From Hoeflea sp. (lineage in GTDB: Bacteria > Pseudomonadota > Alphaproteobacteria > Rhizobiales > Rhizobiaceae): a DNA stretch of 64,000 nucleotides. The stretch covers positions 17,679 through 81,678 of the forward strand of contig NZ_JACIYP010000006.1 in NCBI RefSeq assembly GCF_014359905.1, in the 5' to 3' direction. The notes beneath the pieces are model-generated. The model saw only the letters and a program-made list of their open reading frames with translations. It ran no database searches and had not been told where the DNA came from. A program made the translations under genes and the position numbers. Each line of letters opens with the position of its first letter. Position 1 is the stretch's first letter. Shown in pieces: positions 52,201-61,495 of this stretch.

Positions 52201-54343
52201 ACGGGCTGAGATCGGCCGGCTGCACCGCTTCAAGCGCTTCGACATTGCGCTTGTAGGCCGGGTCTAGCTCAGCGGCCGCTTCCGCGATCGCCAGCTTGTC
52301 GCGGACCGGGCCGGAGAGGTAGGCGTCGGATGTCTGCCAGGACGCATCCGCCGGATCGCGATAGATTGCGCTACCCAGTCCCTCGATGACGGTCTTGCGA
52401 TTCTCATGCAAAAGCTCGGCGATATGGTCGATATCGACATGGCCGCGTTCATTGAGGACGACGGCAAGCGCATCGGTGGCGTTGGTGATCACCGGCGGCG
52501 AAGGCGGAGCAATCACCCGTTCGGAGAAGATCGGGCCGGGCTTGGCAGTGTCGGTATCGAGATCGTAATTTTCGATGGAGGCGACCAGCCAGCAATCGGG
52601 ATCGTCGAGGAAGGGCTGCAGATTCGGGCGGCGATGCGTCTCGCGGGTCTCTCCGGTCGCATCGTTCTCCGAGATCGACACCCTGGTGTGGTTGATCGGC
52701 CCGAAATCGCGCACGAAGCTCGACCAGGCGATGCGCAGCTTCACCTGAAGGTCCCGCCACGGCTGATCAGTCTCCTGGGCCTTCAGGACCGCCCGCACGG
52801 CGTCTCGGACCGGGATCAGCTTTCTGACGATGTTGATCTGCTTTTCGGAAAACCCCTCGCCCGACCGACCCTTGCGGACAGGAACCGGTGCGGGTTTGCC
52901 GTCGAGAACCTGCATTAGCCCTTTCGGGGGGCCGAAGAAGAAGCTGCCCTCGCGGACATGGGCATCTTCGGGTCTCGCGATGTCGGTCAGGGTCGTCCCA
53001 AGTTCGAGATCGATATCGATAGCGACGGGCTCGCCGTCATAGAGGGCGCTCGGGAGGGAGAGGACGGCGGCATCCAGATCGGCCGCGAGGTCGCCGCCAC
53101 CGGCCAAGCAGGTATAGGCTTCGCCGAAGGGTCCGGACGTGATCGCGTGGCGGCCCAGGACATGAGCGGGGTGATCGGCGAACCAGCGATTGACCCGGAT
53201 GGCCTCGCCGTCCTCGCTGGCGGGTGCAACCTCAGCCAGGTTCAGCCAGCTCGCGTCGCCCTGCAACTCGCCGGGCTTGCGCTTGCGGAAGAACAGGATG
53301 TCGACGACGACATCAGTGCCGGCATCGGCGCGAAAACTGCCTTCGGGCAGGCGGAGCGCGGCGATGAGGTTGGCCGACTTGGCGATGTGTTCGCGGGCTG
53401 TCGCATCGGCCTTGTCCATCGTGCCCGACGACGTGACGAAGGCGGCGAGCGCGCCGGGTTTCAGGAGATCGATCGATCGCGCGATGAAATAGTCATGCAG
53501 CCGCAGGCCCATTGACCGGTATGCGCGGTCGGAGCGGACGGTCCTGTCCGAGAACGGCGGATTGCCGATGGCGAGATCGAAATGCGCCGGCAGATCGGTG
53601 CGCGCGAAATCACCTTCGATGATGCGGGCGACCGGCTGGAGGAGCTGGGCGATCCGCGCGGTGACCGGATCGAGCTCGACGCCGGTGACGAATGACTGAC
53701 CGCGAAGCGCTTCTGGCATGAGGGCTGGGAACAGCCCCGTCCCGACCCCCGGTTCGAGGACGCGGCCGCCGCGCCAGCCGAGCCGTTCGAGACCCTTCCA
53801 GATCGCCCGGACGATGAACTCCGGCGTGAAATGGGCATATTGCGTGCAGCGGGCAAGCGAGGCGTAATCGGCCTCGTTCACGGCCTCCTGCAGCTCTTCG
53901 CCAAGGTCTTCCCACCCCTTCCGGAACCCATCCTCGCAGGGCCGGGAGAAGATCGCATTGGCAAGATCGGAGGCGCCAAAGCCTGTGAAGCGAACAAGAC
54001 GAGCCTGTTCCTCCGGCGTCGCGGGCCGGTCCTCGGCCGTAATTGTTTCAGCGAGCGAGATGGCGGCGAGATTGTCGCGCGCCCGGGTTTTCCAGCCCTT
54101 AGCGAGGTTCCGGCTACCGGAAAGATGAAAATTGCTGCCGCGCGCCGTGTCGTCGATGTCGAGCTTCCGGGAAGCAGCCGCCAGAACCTGGCTGTTGACC
54201 TGATCGTCGGCTGGAGTATCGGATTCGGTCGTTTCGGATTTCGGGCTGTTGGCAAAGGCGGTGACGCCAAAGCCCAGGCCGGAAGACAGTGCGCTCTGCG
54301 AACTGCCAAACATGTCGAGGGTCAAGGGATCGTGGTCGGACAT
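49250..54343 (-). CDS. N6-adenine methyltransferase + SF2 helicase fusion (DarB-like)
   Basis: VLEPGVGTG, GNPPF; HAVGAGKT, VDEAQ, SGTPITN, EQREGRIERQG; 1697 aa. Confidence 0.9.
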   Translation of the reverse strand: MSDHDPLTLDMFGSSQSALSSGLGFGVTAFANSPKSETTESDTPADDQVNSQVLAAASRKLDIDDTARGSNFHLSGSRNLAKGWKTRARDNLAAISLAETITAEDRPATPEEQARLVRFTGFGASDLANAIFSRPCEDGFRKGWEDLGEELQEAVNEADYASLARCTQYAHFTPEFIVRAIWKGLERLGWRGGRVLEPGVGTGLFPALMPEALRGQSFVTGVELDPVTARIAQLLQPVARIIEGDFARTDLPAHFDLAIGNPPFSDRTVRSDRAYRSMGLRLHDYFIARSIDLLKPGALAAFVTSSGTMDKADATAREHIAKSANLIAALRLPEGSFRADAGTDVVVDILFFRKRKPGELQGDASWLNLAEVAPASEDGEAIRVNRWFADHPAHVLGRHAITSGPFGEAYTCLAGGGDLAADLDAAVLSLPSALYDGEPVAIDIDLELGTTLTDIARPEDAHVREGSFFFGPPKGLMQVLDGKPAPVPVRKGRSGEGFSEKQINIVRKLIPVRDAVRAVLKAQETDQPWRDLQVKLRIAWSSFVRDFGPINHTRVSISENDATGETRETHRRPNLQPFLDDPDCWLVASIENYDLDTDTAKPGPIFSERVIAPPSPPVITNATDALAVVLNERGHVDIDHIAELLHENRKTVIEGLGSAIYRDPADASWQTSDAYLSGPVRDKLAIAEAAAELDPAYKRNVEALEAVQPADLSPSEITARLGAPWIPASDVVDFVRETMGTEITIRHMPELASWTVDARMLAFRAEGTSEWGTKRRHAGELIADALNSRIPQIFDTIRDGASERRVLNVVDTEAAKEKLTKIKTAFQSWVWSDPDRTDRLARLYNDRFNNIAPRSFNGDHLQLPGASGAFVLYGHQKRGIWRIISSGATYLAHAVGAGKTMTIAAAIMEQRRLGLISKAMLVVPGHCLAQAAREFLALYPTARILVADETNFSKEKRHRFLSRAATANWDAIIITHSAFKFIAVPAVFEKQMIEDELTLYEDLLTRVEGDDRVSRKRLERLKEGLKDRLESLATVKDDLLTISEIGVDQIVVDEAQEFRKLSFATNMSTLKGVDPNGSQRAWDLYVKSRFIETKNRGRALVLASGTPITNTLGEMFSVQRFLGFDALKERGLHEFDAWASTFGDVATELELQPSGKYKPVSRFATFVNVPELIAMFRSFADVVLPEDLKQYVKIPAVSKGKRQIVTAKPTDDFKLYQQVLEARIRAIEKREGPAQPGDDILLSVITDGRHAAIDLRLVDPDNDNEPGNKLNKLIANAYRIWRESGENEYLTREGKPFDLPGAAQMIFSDLGTISVEKSRGFSAYRWIRNELVRFGVPASEIAFMQDYKKTEAKQRLFADVNAGKVRFLIGSSETMGTGVNAQLRLKALHHLDVPWLPSQIEQREGRIERQGNQHDEIDIFAYATEGSMDAQMWQNNERKARFIAAALSGDTSVRRLEDLGEGQANQFAMAKAIASGDQRLMQKAGLEANIARLERLCAAHRDDLFAVRRQIRNAERDIEHDTRRIAEIAKDIERRIPTAGDAFAMTVAGQSFTERKPAGRALMKEIMTLVHLREEDEKTIATIGGFDLVFSGQRVGQDDFQYDVTIARTGAESEIDLALTVTPLGAVSRIEHVLGGFEDERSQYRFRLDDAERRLASYQTRQGGEFGFEDELAEKRQQLAKIEADLADEVLKEGEAA

Positions 54344-54430
54344 TGATGGTTTCTCCTGTGATGCGAGCGCACGGAGCCGCGGCGCCGGGCGAACCGGTCG
54401 CGTGGGGGACGTGCGGAATTGGAAGTGCGG

Positions 54431-54841
54431 TTAGCGGGTGATCAGCGAGAACGAGATCTCGTTCTCGGTGAGCTGGATCCCGAGATAGGACGCGGCGAAG
54501 TTCCGGTTGAAGTTCGGAACGACGAGGTCGGCGTCGATGAACTCGATGCCGTCATCGCCTCCGAAATGCCGGCGCTTGTAATCCCACCAGTCGTCACTGC
54601 CCTTGGGGTGGCACTCGTTCGAATAGACGACGAGCGGTGTCTCACCCTCGGCGAGCTTACCGTTGGATATGATGTAGACCCCCTCGTCGCCAACGAGCCA
54701 GAAACCGGGATTTTCGCCCTCGCCTGGCCTGGTGCCGTAATACGGATTGCGGAAGCCGCCATTGGCGGCCGCATCCGCTTCGCCGCGCGCGATGACCTTG
54801 CGCACCGCATGACAAGGAAATGTGAACATGACCGACCTCAC
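54431..54841 (-). CDS. DUF3085-like protein
   Basis: LVGDEGVY...GGDDGIEF; start may be 54829. Confidence 0.75.
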   Translation of the reverse strand: MRSVMFTFPCHAVRKVIARGEADAAANGGFRNPYYGTRPGEGENPGFWLVGDEGVYIISNGKLAEGETPLVVYSNECHPKGSDDWWDYKRRHFGGDDGIEFIDADLVVPNFNRNFAASYLGIQLTENEISFSLITR

Positions 54842-55434
54842 GCAGCTTCAGGCAGCGGCAGGTGACGCAAATGAATAGGCAGCTTCTCGGAGATCTGCGC
54901 GTCGGTCAGGTGGTCGAGCAGCTGAAACCTGTTCCCCGGCCGACCATAGACGATGACAGTGCGCTTGCCGCGATGTTCGGGGCGGAAGTCCGCGCCGGCA
55001 TAGCCGCGATAATCGTCATGGGTGGCGCTCCAGATGTGTTCGATGCGCTCTTCGCGGGTCATCGCCTTGACCGGCCGGCGCTCGCGCTCGACGATGGCAT
55101 CGCGCATCTCGTAGGGAGAGCGCGGATCGGAGAGATCGCAATAGGCGTGGAAGAACCGGGTCACGCCATTGATGCAGAGCGTGTAGAAGAGGCTGGTGAT
55201 GCTGCCGGTCAGGAATTCGCGCAGGGCGAACATCTCGCCGCGCATCCAGAGCGGCGGCAGGATTTCGAGCATGTAGTCGTGCTCGGCACGGGCGATTTCG
55301 AACCACTCGCCAGCGTAAAGCGCGCTGTCATCGTTCTGCCAACGATTTGGCCGCCGGGCGTGCCGATCGAAGAGACGAAACATCTGGTGGCGGTCTGCGA
55401 TCCCGAAATGGATCTTGCGGATAGGAGAGGTCAT
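54838..55434 (-). CDS. DUF1419-like protein
   Basis: LYAGEWFEI...YMLEILPPLW...FALREF. Confidence 0.72.
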   Translation of the reverse strand: MTSPIRKIHFGIADRHQMFRLFDRHARRPNRWQNDDSALYAGEWFEIARAEHDYMLEILPPLWMRGEMFALREFLTGSITSLFYTLCINGVTRFFHAYCDLSDPRSPYEMRDAIVERERRPVKAMTREERIEHIWSATHDDYRGYAGADFRPEHRGKRTVIVYGRPGNRFQLLDHLTDAQISEKLPIHLRHLPLPEAA

Positions 55435-55533
55435 TGCGGGCTCCTTTGAGGCCTGTCACGGGCTGAAGCGCGGCGCCGTCCCCGGCTCACCATCTTCTTC
55501 AGCCCTTCCGGACCCTTTCCCGCGGCCGTCTCT

Positions 55534-55594
55534 CCGTCCGGCCGGGTCAAGGGCCGGCGTCAGCCGGGCGGAGCGTCACCCTTGAGGCGGACGG
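55534..55594. repeat. Intergenic hairpin (candidate ssDNA promoter)
   Basis: CCGTCCG/CGGACGG and TCAAGGG/CCCTTGA nested stems. Confidence 0.6.
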
Positions 55595-55633
55595 CGGGCA
55601 TGCGGCACGCCTTCTTCCTCCTTTCTCCTTTTC

Positions 55634-56527
55634 TCATTCCCTCTTTTTCAGACTGGCGTTCCAGTCATCAGACGGTGGTCTGAGGCGCTGCCAGTTGCAG
55701 CCTTTCTCATCGGCGAGGACCCGCAGGCGTTCGGCAAATGCCTCGCCCTGACTGTTGGCGTCGGTCGCCGCGACGAGGAGGGCGTCCGGGCGGGCGGCAA
55801 GCCCGCGAAGGGCGGCTTCGGTCGATGGCGACCAGCCGCCGCCGGTGCTGAGATAGAGCGTTCCGGGCGACGAACGTTCGATCGCGGCAAGGCTCATGGC
55901 GTCGATCGCCGCCTCGGTTACGCAAAGCCGAGTGGCGCCGGCGGGTCCGAGTCGAAAGAGGACCTTGGCGCCGCCGGTCGCAAAACCGCGCCAATCGGGC
56001 CCCCGTTCTTCCCAGCCGGTGACGCGACCGGCCTCGTCGAAATGACCGGCCCACATGCTGCCGTGCGGACCTTCGCGCAGGGCATCGGCGGCTATCGCCT
56101 GCCGCAGAACCGCGTCCGGGATGCCTCGCGTCTCGCTGAGATAGCGCCAGCTCGACGAGCCACGCCATGACTTTCGGCGGCTTTGCCAGCGTTGCGCCAC
56201 CGTCTGGTCCGGCACTTTCTCCCTGGCCTGACGGATCCAGGCGGGCTCTGACGGCGTGAAGCCGATGAGGTCCGCGACGACATACAGCGCAGCAGTAAAG
56301 GGGAGCCCGTCGAGATGCTCGACAAGGCGGAACACGTCGCCCTTGGCGTCCGACAAAGGGTCAAACCAGCCCTTGCCGTCATGAATGACGATGACGATGT
56401 CGCCGCCGCGGCGGTATTTGACCGCTTTGCGGGTGCTTTCCTTTAGATCGACGGCAAAGCCGGCGGATTCCAGCACGGCTCCACAGGCGACTTTTTCCCT
56501 CAGTTCTTCCAGTTCGGCTTTTTCCAT
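55634..56527 (-). CDS. DUF3991 + TOPRIM domain protein
   Basis: GWFDP...GDVF; LCVTEAAIDAMS; ATDAN..GE; DDWN. Confidence 0.85.
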   Translation of the reverse strand: MEKAELEELREKVACGAVLESAGFAVDLKESTRKAVKYRRGGDIVIVIHDGKGWFDPLSDAKGDVFRLVEHLDGLPFTAALYVVADLIGFTPSEPAWIRQAREKVPDQTVAQRWQSRRKSWRGSSSWRYLSETRGIPDAVLRQAIAADALREGPHGSMWAGHFDEAGRVTGWEERGPDWRGFATGGAKVLFRLGPAGATRLCVTEAAIDAMSLAAIERSSPGTLYLSTGGGWSPSTEAALRGLAARPDALLVAATDANSQGEAFAERLRVLADEKGCNWQRLRPPSDDWNASLKKRE

Positions 56528-56969
56528 TCACTCTCCGCGTTGCGCGCGGTCCTCTGTCCGGGTTTCCGCTCCTTCACTTTTCGGGGCTGGACCCGGAGGC
56601 CGCGAAGAGCAAGGCAGGCAAGGGCGCGACTGGCAAGCCGGCAGTTTTGCCAAGGCCTTGTACTCACTGCCAGAAGCGGCGATAGCTTCCCTTGCCGGCC
56701 ATCGCTCGCAAGCGGCACGAGGGGTGTTTTCACTGCTCTCACGGCCGTCCCCTGCGTCAAGGATTGCCGCCCGGATTGAGGAAGACCGGTTGCGTGCTTC
56801 AGCTTTGCCAATAGTTCGGCCCGACGGGCGACGCCGGCCTTTTCGTCCAACACGGTCCCGGTACCGAGGAGTATTTCTGACATACACCCGATATGATTGC
56901 AGCATAAGTTGTCGTACAATCACAGCCAAGCCGGACACTTGGGGAGGCACATAGATATTCTGACACAGT

Positions 56970-58722
56970 TCAGGCGGCTTCGGCGACTGCGAATGTTCGG
57001 GCTCGTTCGAGCCCGAACCCCTTCACCAAGGCATAGATTGCCGGAATGACAACCAGCGTGAGGATGGTCGATGACACCATTCCGCCGATCATCGGCACGG
57101 CAATGCGCTGCATGATCTCCGATCCGGTGCCCTGGCTCCACAAGATTGGAACCAGGCCCGCCATGATGGCGACGACGGTCATCATCTTCGGCCGCACCCG
57201 TTCGACGGCGCCTTCCATGATCGCCGCGGCAATGTCGGATTTGTCAATTGGACGCCCCTCCTTCAGCGCAAGCGCCTTGCGCGCATCGAGCGCGTGATCA
57301 AGGTAGATCAGCATAATGACGCCGGTCTCGGCAGCCACACCCGCAAGTGCAATAAAGCCGACTGCGACTGCAACCGAAAGGTTGAAACCCAACCACATCA
57401 GCCACAGGCCGCCAACCAGCGCAAACGGCAATGACAACATGACAATCAGGGTTTCCGTCATGCGCCTGAAGTTGAGATAGAGCAGCAGCAAGATCAAAAG
57501 CAGCGTCAGCGGCACGACAATGGCGAGACGCTTTCTCGCGCGCTCGTAAAACTCGAACTGGCCACTCCAGATCGCATAATAGCCGGGCGGGAAGTCAACG
57601 CTCTGCGCCACCGCTTTCTTGGCATCGGCGACATAGCTGCCCAGATCGCGTTCGCGGGCATCCACGAATATGTAGGCGGCGAGTTGGGCGTTCTCGGTCC
57701 GGATTGAACCCGGCCCGCGCACCAATGAAACCTTGGCCACCTGGCCGAGCGGGATCGATGCGCCCTCGGCAAGTGGCACCAGCACCTCGCGGGCGATCGC
57801 CTGCGGATCCGAGCGCAGGTCGCGCGGATACCGAATGCTGACGGCGTAACGTTCGCGACCCTCGACAGTCGTGGTCACGGTCTCGGCGCCGATAGCGGAA
57901 GCTACGACCGCCTGAACGTCGGCAATCGATAATCCGTACCGCGCGAGCTCTCGGCGATCCGGATCTATATCCAGATAGTACCCGCCATTGATGCGCTCGG
58001 CGAAGGCACTCGAGGTTCCGGGCACGGTCTTGATCGCCGCCTCGATCTGGCGCGCGAGCTTTTCAATCTCGAACAGATCCTGTCCAATCACCTTCACACC
58101 GACTGGCGTGCGGATGCCCGTCGCCAGCATGTCGATGCGCGCCTTGATCGGCATGGTCCATGCGTTGGAAACGCCGGGAAACTGCAAGGCGCGATCCATT
58201 TCCTGGATCAGCGAATCAACGGTGACGCCAGGACGCCACTGCAATTCAAGTTTCAGATTGATGATCGCTTCGAACATCTCGGTAGGAGCCGGGTCCGTGG
58301 CAGTTGCCGCACGACCCGCCTTTCCGAACACATTCTCCACTTCCGGGAATGTCTTGATGATCCGGTTTTGTGTCTGCAACAATTCAGCAGACTTGGTGAT
58401 GGAAAGCCCCGGCAGCGTGGTCGGCATGTACATAATTGTGCCTTCATTGAGGCTTGGCATGAATTCGGAGCCGATCTTCGTCGCTGGCCATACGCTGACC
58501 GCAAGCACGGCCACCGCCACGACAACAGTGAGAGTCTTGGCCCTCAGCACTGCGGTAATGATCGGCCGATATAACCAGATGAGCAGACGATTCACCGGAT
58601 TGCGGTGCTCGGGGACGATGCGGCCGCGCACGAACAGCACCATCAGGGCCGGAACGACAAGGATCGACAGAAGCGCTGCCGCCGCCATGGCGAAGGTCTT
58701 GGTCCAGGCCAACGGCTTGAAC
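56970..58722 (-). pseudogene. cusA: CusA/CzcA-family RND permease, 5'-truncated
   Basis: Begins mid-protein at FKPLAWTKT; GSEFMP.LNEG, DMLATGIRTPVG, RVRPKMMT; about half the normal length. Confidence 0.88.
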
Positions 58723-58959
58723 GTAGGCCGGTGGGATCATCCGGACTTCGTGTCCCAAACGGCCTATCTCACGCGCCCAGAAGTAGGAGCTTCCACAGGC
58801 TTCCATCGCAACCAGGCACCGTGGCAGGCCACCAAAGAATTTCAAAACCTGTCCACGTCGCAACTGTTTGCGAAACACAACTGCCCCCGATGCATCCGCG
58901 CCGTGGACCTGAAATATGTGTTTGGCCAGATCCAAACCAATCGTACGAACTTCGCTCAT
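58722..58959 (-). pseudogene. IS110-family transposase N-terminal fragment
   Basis: MSEVRTIGLDLAK...MEAC...IPPAYV fused directly to the cusA remnant. Confidence 0.85.
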
Positions 58960-59147
58960 GATGCCCATCCTCCAATGGCGGTTCAAACAAGCTCATCTTG
59001 CCACACACTGGGGTCGTCGCGGGCGTCTACATCATCAACGCCCATATGAGGAAGAACCGGTTAATGTGATGTAGTGGATGGCGCCCTCCGACGGCATCGA
59101 ATGTGCCAAAATGGTTTTTGCAAAACCCAAGAGAGGAGCCACCCACC

Positions 59148-60200
59148 ATGGATAAGATTACGACAATTGGACTTGATATCGCAAAGAATGTTTTCCAGCT
59201 TCATGGAGTTGATGCGGACGGGCAGATAGTTTTGCGCAAGACGCTACGACGCGGGCAGATGCAGCCGTTCTTTGAGAAGCTTGCTCCCTGCCTGATCGGT
59301 ATGGAAGCCTGCGCAACAGCCCATCACTGGGCGCGAACGCTGATAGCAGCGGGTCATGACGTCCGGCTGATCCCACCGAGCTATATCAAGCCATACTTGC
59401 GTCGGCAGAAAAACGATGCTGCAGATGCCGCCACTATTTGTGAAGCCGTCACACGACCATCGATGCGGTTTGTTCCAGTCAAGAGTGAGGAACAGCAGGC
59501 GACATTGATGCTGCATAGCGCGCGCGAACTTCTGATCTCTCAACGGACTGCTCTCATCAATGCCTTGCGTGGTCATTTTGCTGAACTTGGCATTGTCGCC
59601 CCACAGGGAGCTCACAACGCACGGCAGTTAATCGCCATTCTGGATGATGATGAACGATACACCCCGGACGCCGTTCGCATTGCTCTCGGACCGCTGGCGA
59701 CAACATTGATAGAGATCGAGGGCCAGATCGCAACGCTCGATAAGGCGATCATCGCCGCTCATCGCAACGACGATGTCAGCCTCCGGCTTGCAACTGTTCC
59801 CGGGATAGGCCCCGTCATCGCCACTTGCCTTTCTGCCAGTGTGCCGGACGCCAAGCTGTTTGTCGGCGGGCGAGAGTTTGCAGCCTGGCTGGGTCTCGTT
59901 CCCAGGCAACATTCAACGGGTGGGAAGCCAAGGCTGGGCTCCATTTCCAAAATGGGCAATAGACGCTTGCGCAAACTTCTTGTGGTTGGAGCACATGCCG
60001 CGCTTTACAGGATGAAGAATGGCAAGACCCAATCCCCACTGGCGAATTGGGCGAGAACCCTGCTGGAGAAGAAATCCTTCAAGCTTGTTGCGGTCGCCCT
60101 CGCAAACAAGATTGCCCGCATTGCATGGGCGATCATGGCGCGGAATATACAATTCCAGCCGGACTTCGTGCCTGATCACCGGGTACCGGCTTCAGTGTAG
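59148..60200 (+). CDS. IS110-family transposase
   Basis: GLDIAK, GMEAC, KNDAADA, GLVPRQHSTGGK; GAGGAG RBS. Confidence 0.93.
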   Translation: MDKITTIGLDIAKNVFQLHGVDADGQIVLRKTLRRGQMQPFFEKLAPCLIGMEACATAHHWARTLIAAGHDVRLIPPSYIKPYLRRQKNDAADAATICEAVTRPSMRFVPVKSEEQQATLMLHSARELLISQRTALINALRGHFAELGIVAPQGAHNARQLIAILDDDERYTPDAVRIALGPLATTLIEIEGQIATLDKAIIAAHRNDDVSLRLATVPGIGPVIATCLSASVPDAKLFVGGREFAAWLGLVPRQHSTGGKPRLGSISKMGNRRLRKLLVVGAHAALYRMKNGKTQSPLANWARTLLEKKSFKLVAVALANKIARIAWAIMARNIQFQPDFVPDHRVPASV

Positions 60201-60229
60201 GCATATAGGAGCGAACAAGACTTGCCTTT

Positions 60230-60440
60230 CGGGGCACTACAGTTGGCGGAGTGACGATGGTATGATGTGACAGCAGAGCGGAATGGACCGCACGAACCGA
60301 AGAACCCGCGGCGTTGTCTTGCGCATCAACAGCGCGATAATGTGATAGGGATCGGTTCAGGCGGATAACATCAGGGCCAGCGGTCATATCGTGCCGCATA
60401 AACAGGCCGGAGACATGACTGCACCCGACCCGCCAAGCTA
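60230..60440 (+). ncRNA. Predicted bridge/seek RNA (ends approximate)
   Basis: Contains TAATGTGA and AGACATGA, which match its own target and donor junctions. Confidence 0.75.
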
Positions 60441-60511
60441 AAACATCACCAAAATCACGTTGCCAAATGGGCGCCATCCAGACATGACACCCCAGTGTAC
60501 TATTGAGTTGA

Positions 60512-60865
60512 TTATTCCGCCGCCACAACTCCCGTTTCAAACGCACCTACGGCCTGCCAACGCTGCGCGATTTCGCCTAAGGAATCGAGCACTTGTCGCA
60601 GATCGTCACCGCGCTCTGTCAAACCGTAGGTGACCGCAGGCGGAATCGTTTGGGTCTGATCGCGCCAGATCACTCCGGCCGCCTGCAACATTCGCAACCG
60701 TTCCGTCAGCACCCGGGTTGAGATTCCCGGCACTGCCCGCTTCAGCGCCCCGAAACGTTGCGGCCCGCCGTCGCTAAGGACCCAGAGAATATAGGTTGTC
60801 CACGGACCCATCAGCAGGCGCAGAATGGAGTCCATGGGACACGCGGGCGGTGTTTTCTGTTTCAT
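60512..60865 (-). CDS. HxlR/DUF24 winged-helix regulator
   Basis: ACPM...GPWT...RFGAL...ISTRVLTERLR...PPAVTYGLTERG. Confidence 0.9.
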   Translation of the reverse strand: MKQKTPPACPMDSILRLLMGPWTTYILWVLSDGGPQRFGALKRAVPGISTRVLTERLRMLQAAGVIWRDQTQTIPPAVTYGLTERGDDLRQVLDSLGEIAQRWQAVGAFETGVVAAE

Positions 60866-60882
60866 TTTGAGGTTTTCCAAAG

Positions 60883-60904
60883 GTAGTTACTTTTCTGTGC
60901 CTAC
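60883..60904. promoter_or_regulatory. Candidate HxlR operator GTAGTTAC-N6-GTGCCTAC
   Basis: Imperfect inverted repeat (6/8) in the divergent promoter. Confidence 0.5.
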
Positions 60905-61017
60905 TTTTCCTTTTAAACTAAGACGCCTAAAGATACTAGAGTGAAAGGCAAAACCTGGCAAGGGTGAGCCATACGGAAGAGTGCTCGGGTAATTTGAACA
61001 AAATAGAGGACGTCTAG

Positions 61018-61422
61018 ATGAGCGACAAATCTGCGAAAATTACGTACTGGGCTGCAACCGGGCTGGTTGCATTGGTCTATCTGGGCGGAGCGGCATTTTA
61101 CATCACCGCGCATGACATGGTTGCGGGAATGTATGAGGGCCTGTTGAAATACCCAACCTACATAATATGGCCGTTGGCCATGCTGAAGATCGTGGCGGCC
61201 GTAGTCATCCTTTGGCGCCCGTCGACGTTTCTGTCCGATTTCGCCTATGCGGCGATGTTCTGGCACCTGTTGCTGGCCGCCTCGGCGCATATGGCTGCCG
61301 GCGATCCGGGCTGGCCGCCGGCGATTGTTGCCTGGATTGCGCTGCTTGTGTCGTTCCTGACGCAAAACCGGGTGCGCGAAAAGAAATCACCCTACGGTGA
61401 TTTGCTGAAGCGCGCCGCGTAA
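61018..61422 (+). CDS. DoxX-like membrane protein
   Basis: YWAAT...YPTYII...K...DFAYA...H..AGD; four hydrophobic segments. Confidence 0.78.
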   Translation: MSDKSAKITYWAATGLVALVYLGGAAFYITAHDMVAGMYEGLLKYPTYIIWPLAMLKIVAAVVILWRPSTFLSDFAYAAMFWHLLLAASAHMAAGDPGWPPAIVAWIALLVSFLTQNRVREKKSPYGDLLKRAA

Positions 61423-61495
61423 CCGGATTTTCCGACGGCCACATGCCGGCTGGCCATCACGCTCTGCCAGTAAAACAAGCGAAAGGACGCAGTAC

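Larger units (their letters stand above)
59069..60486 (+). mobile_element. IS110-family, IS1111-subgroup element (apparently intact)
   Basis: IRs TGGATGGCGCCC (59075-59086)/GGGCGCCATCCA (60469-60480); TG core; same IR-to-core spacing as 3579-4930. Confidence 0.92.

Noticed and set aside
56895-56922. Second dif-like site (GCAGCATAAGTT...)
   Set aside because: Only the GCATAAGTT part matches; no XerD arm.
56500-56950. ORFs 56500-56919 and 56528-56950
   Set aside because: No recognisable family; they overlap a hairpin-rich intergenic region.
56970-58712. Functional copper/silver efflux system
   Set aside because: cusA lacks its N-terminal half, and no cusB/cusC genes are in the window.
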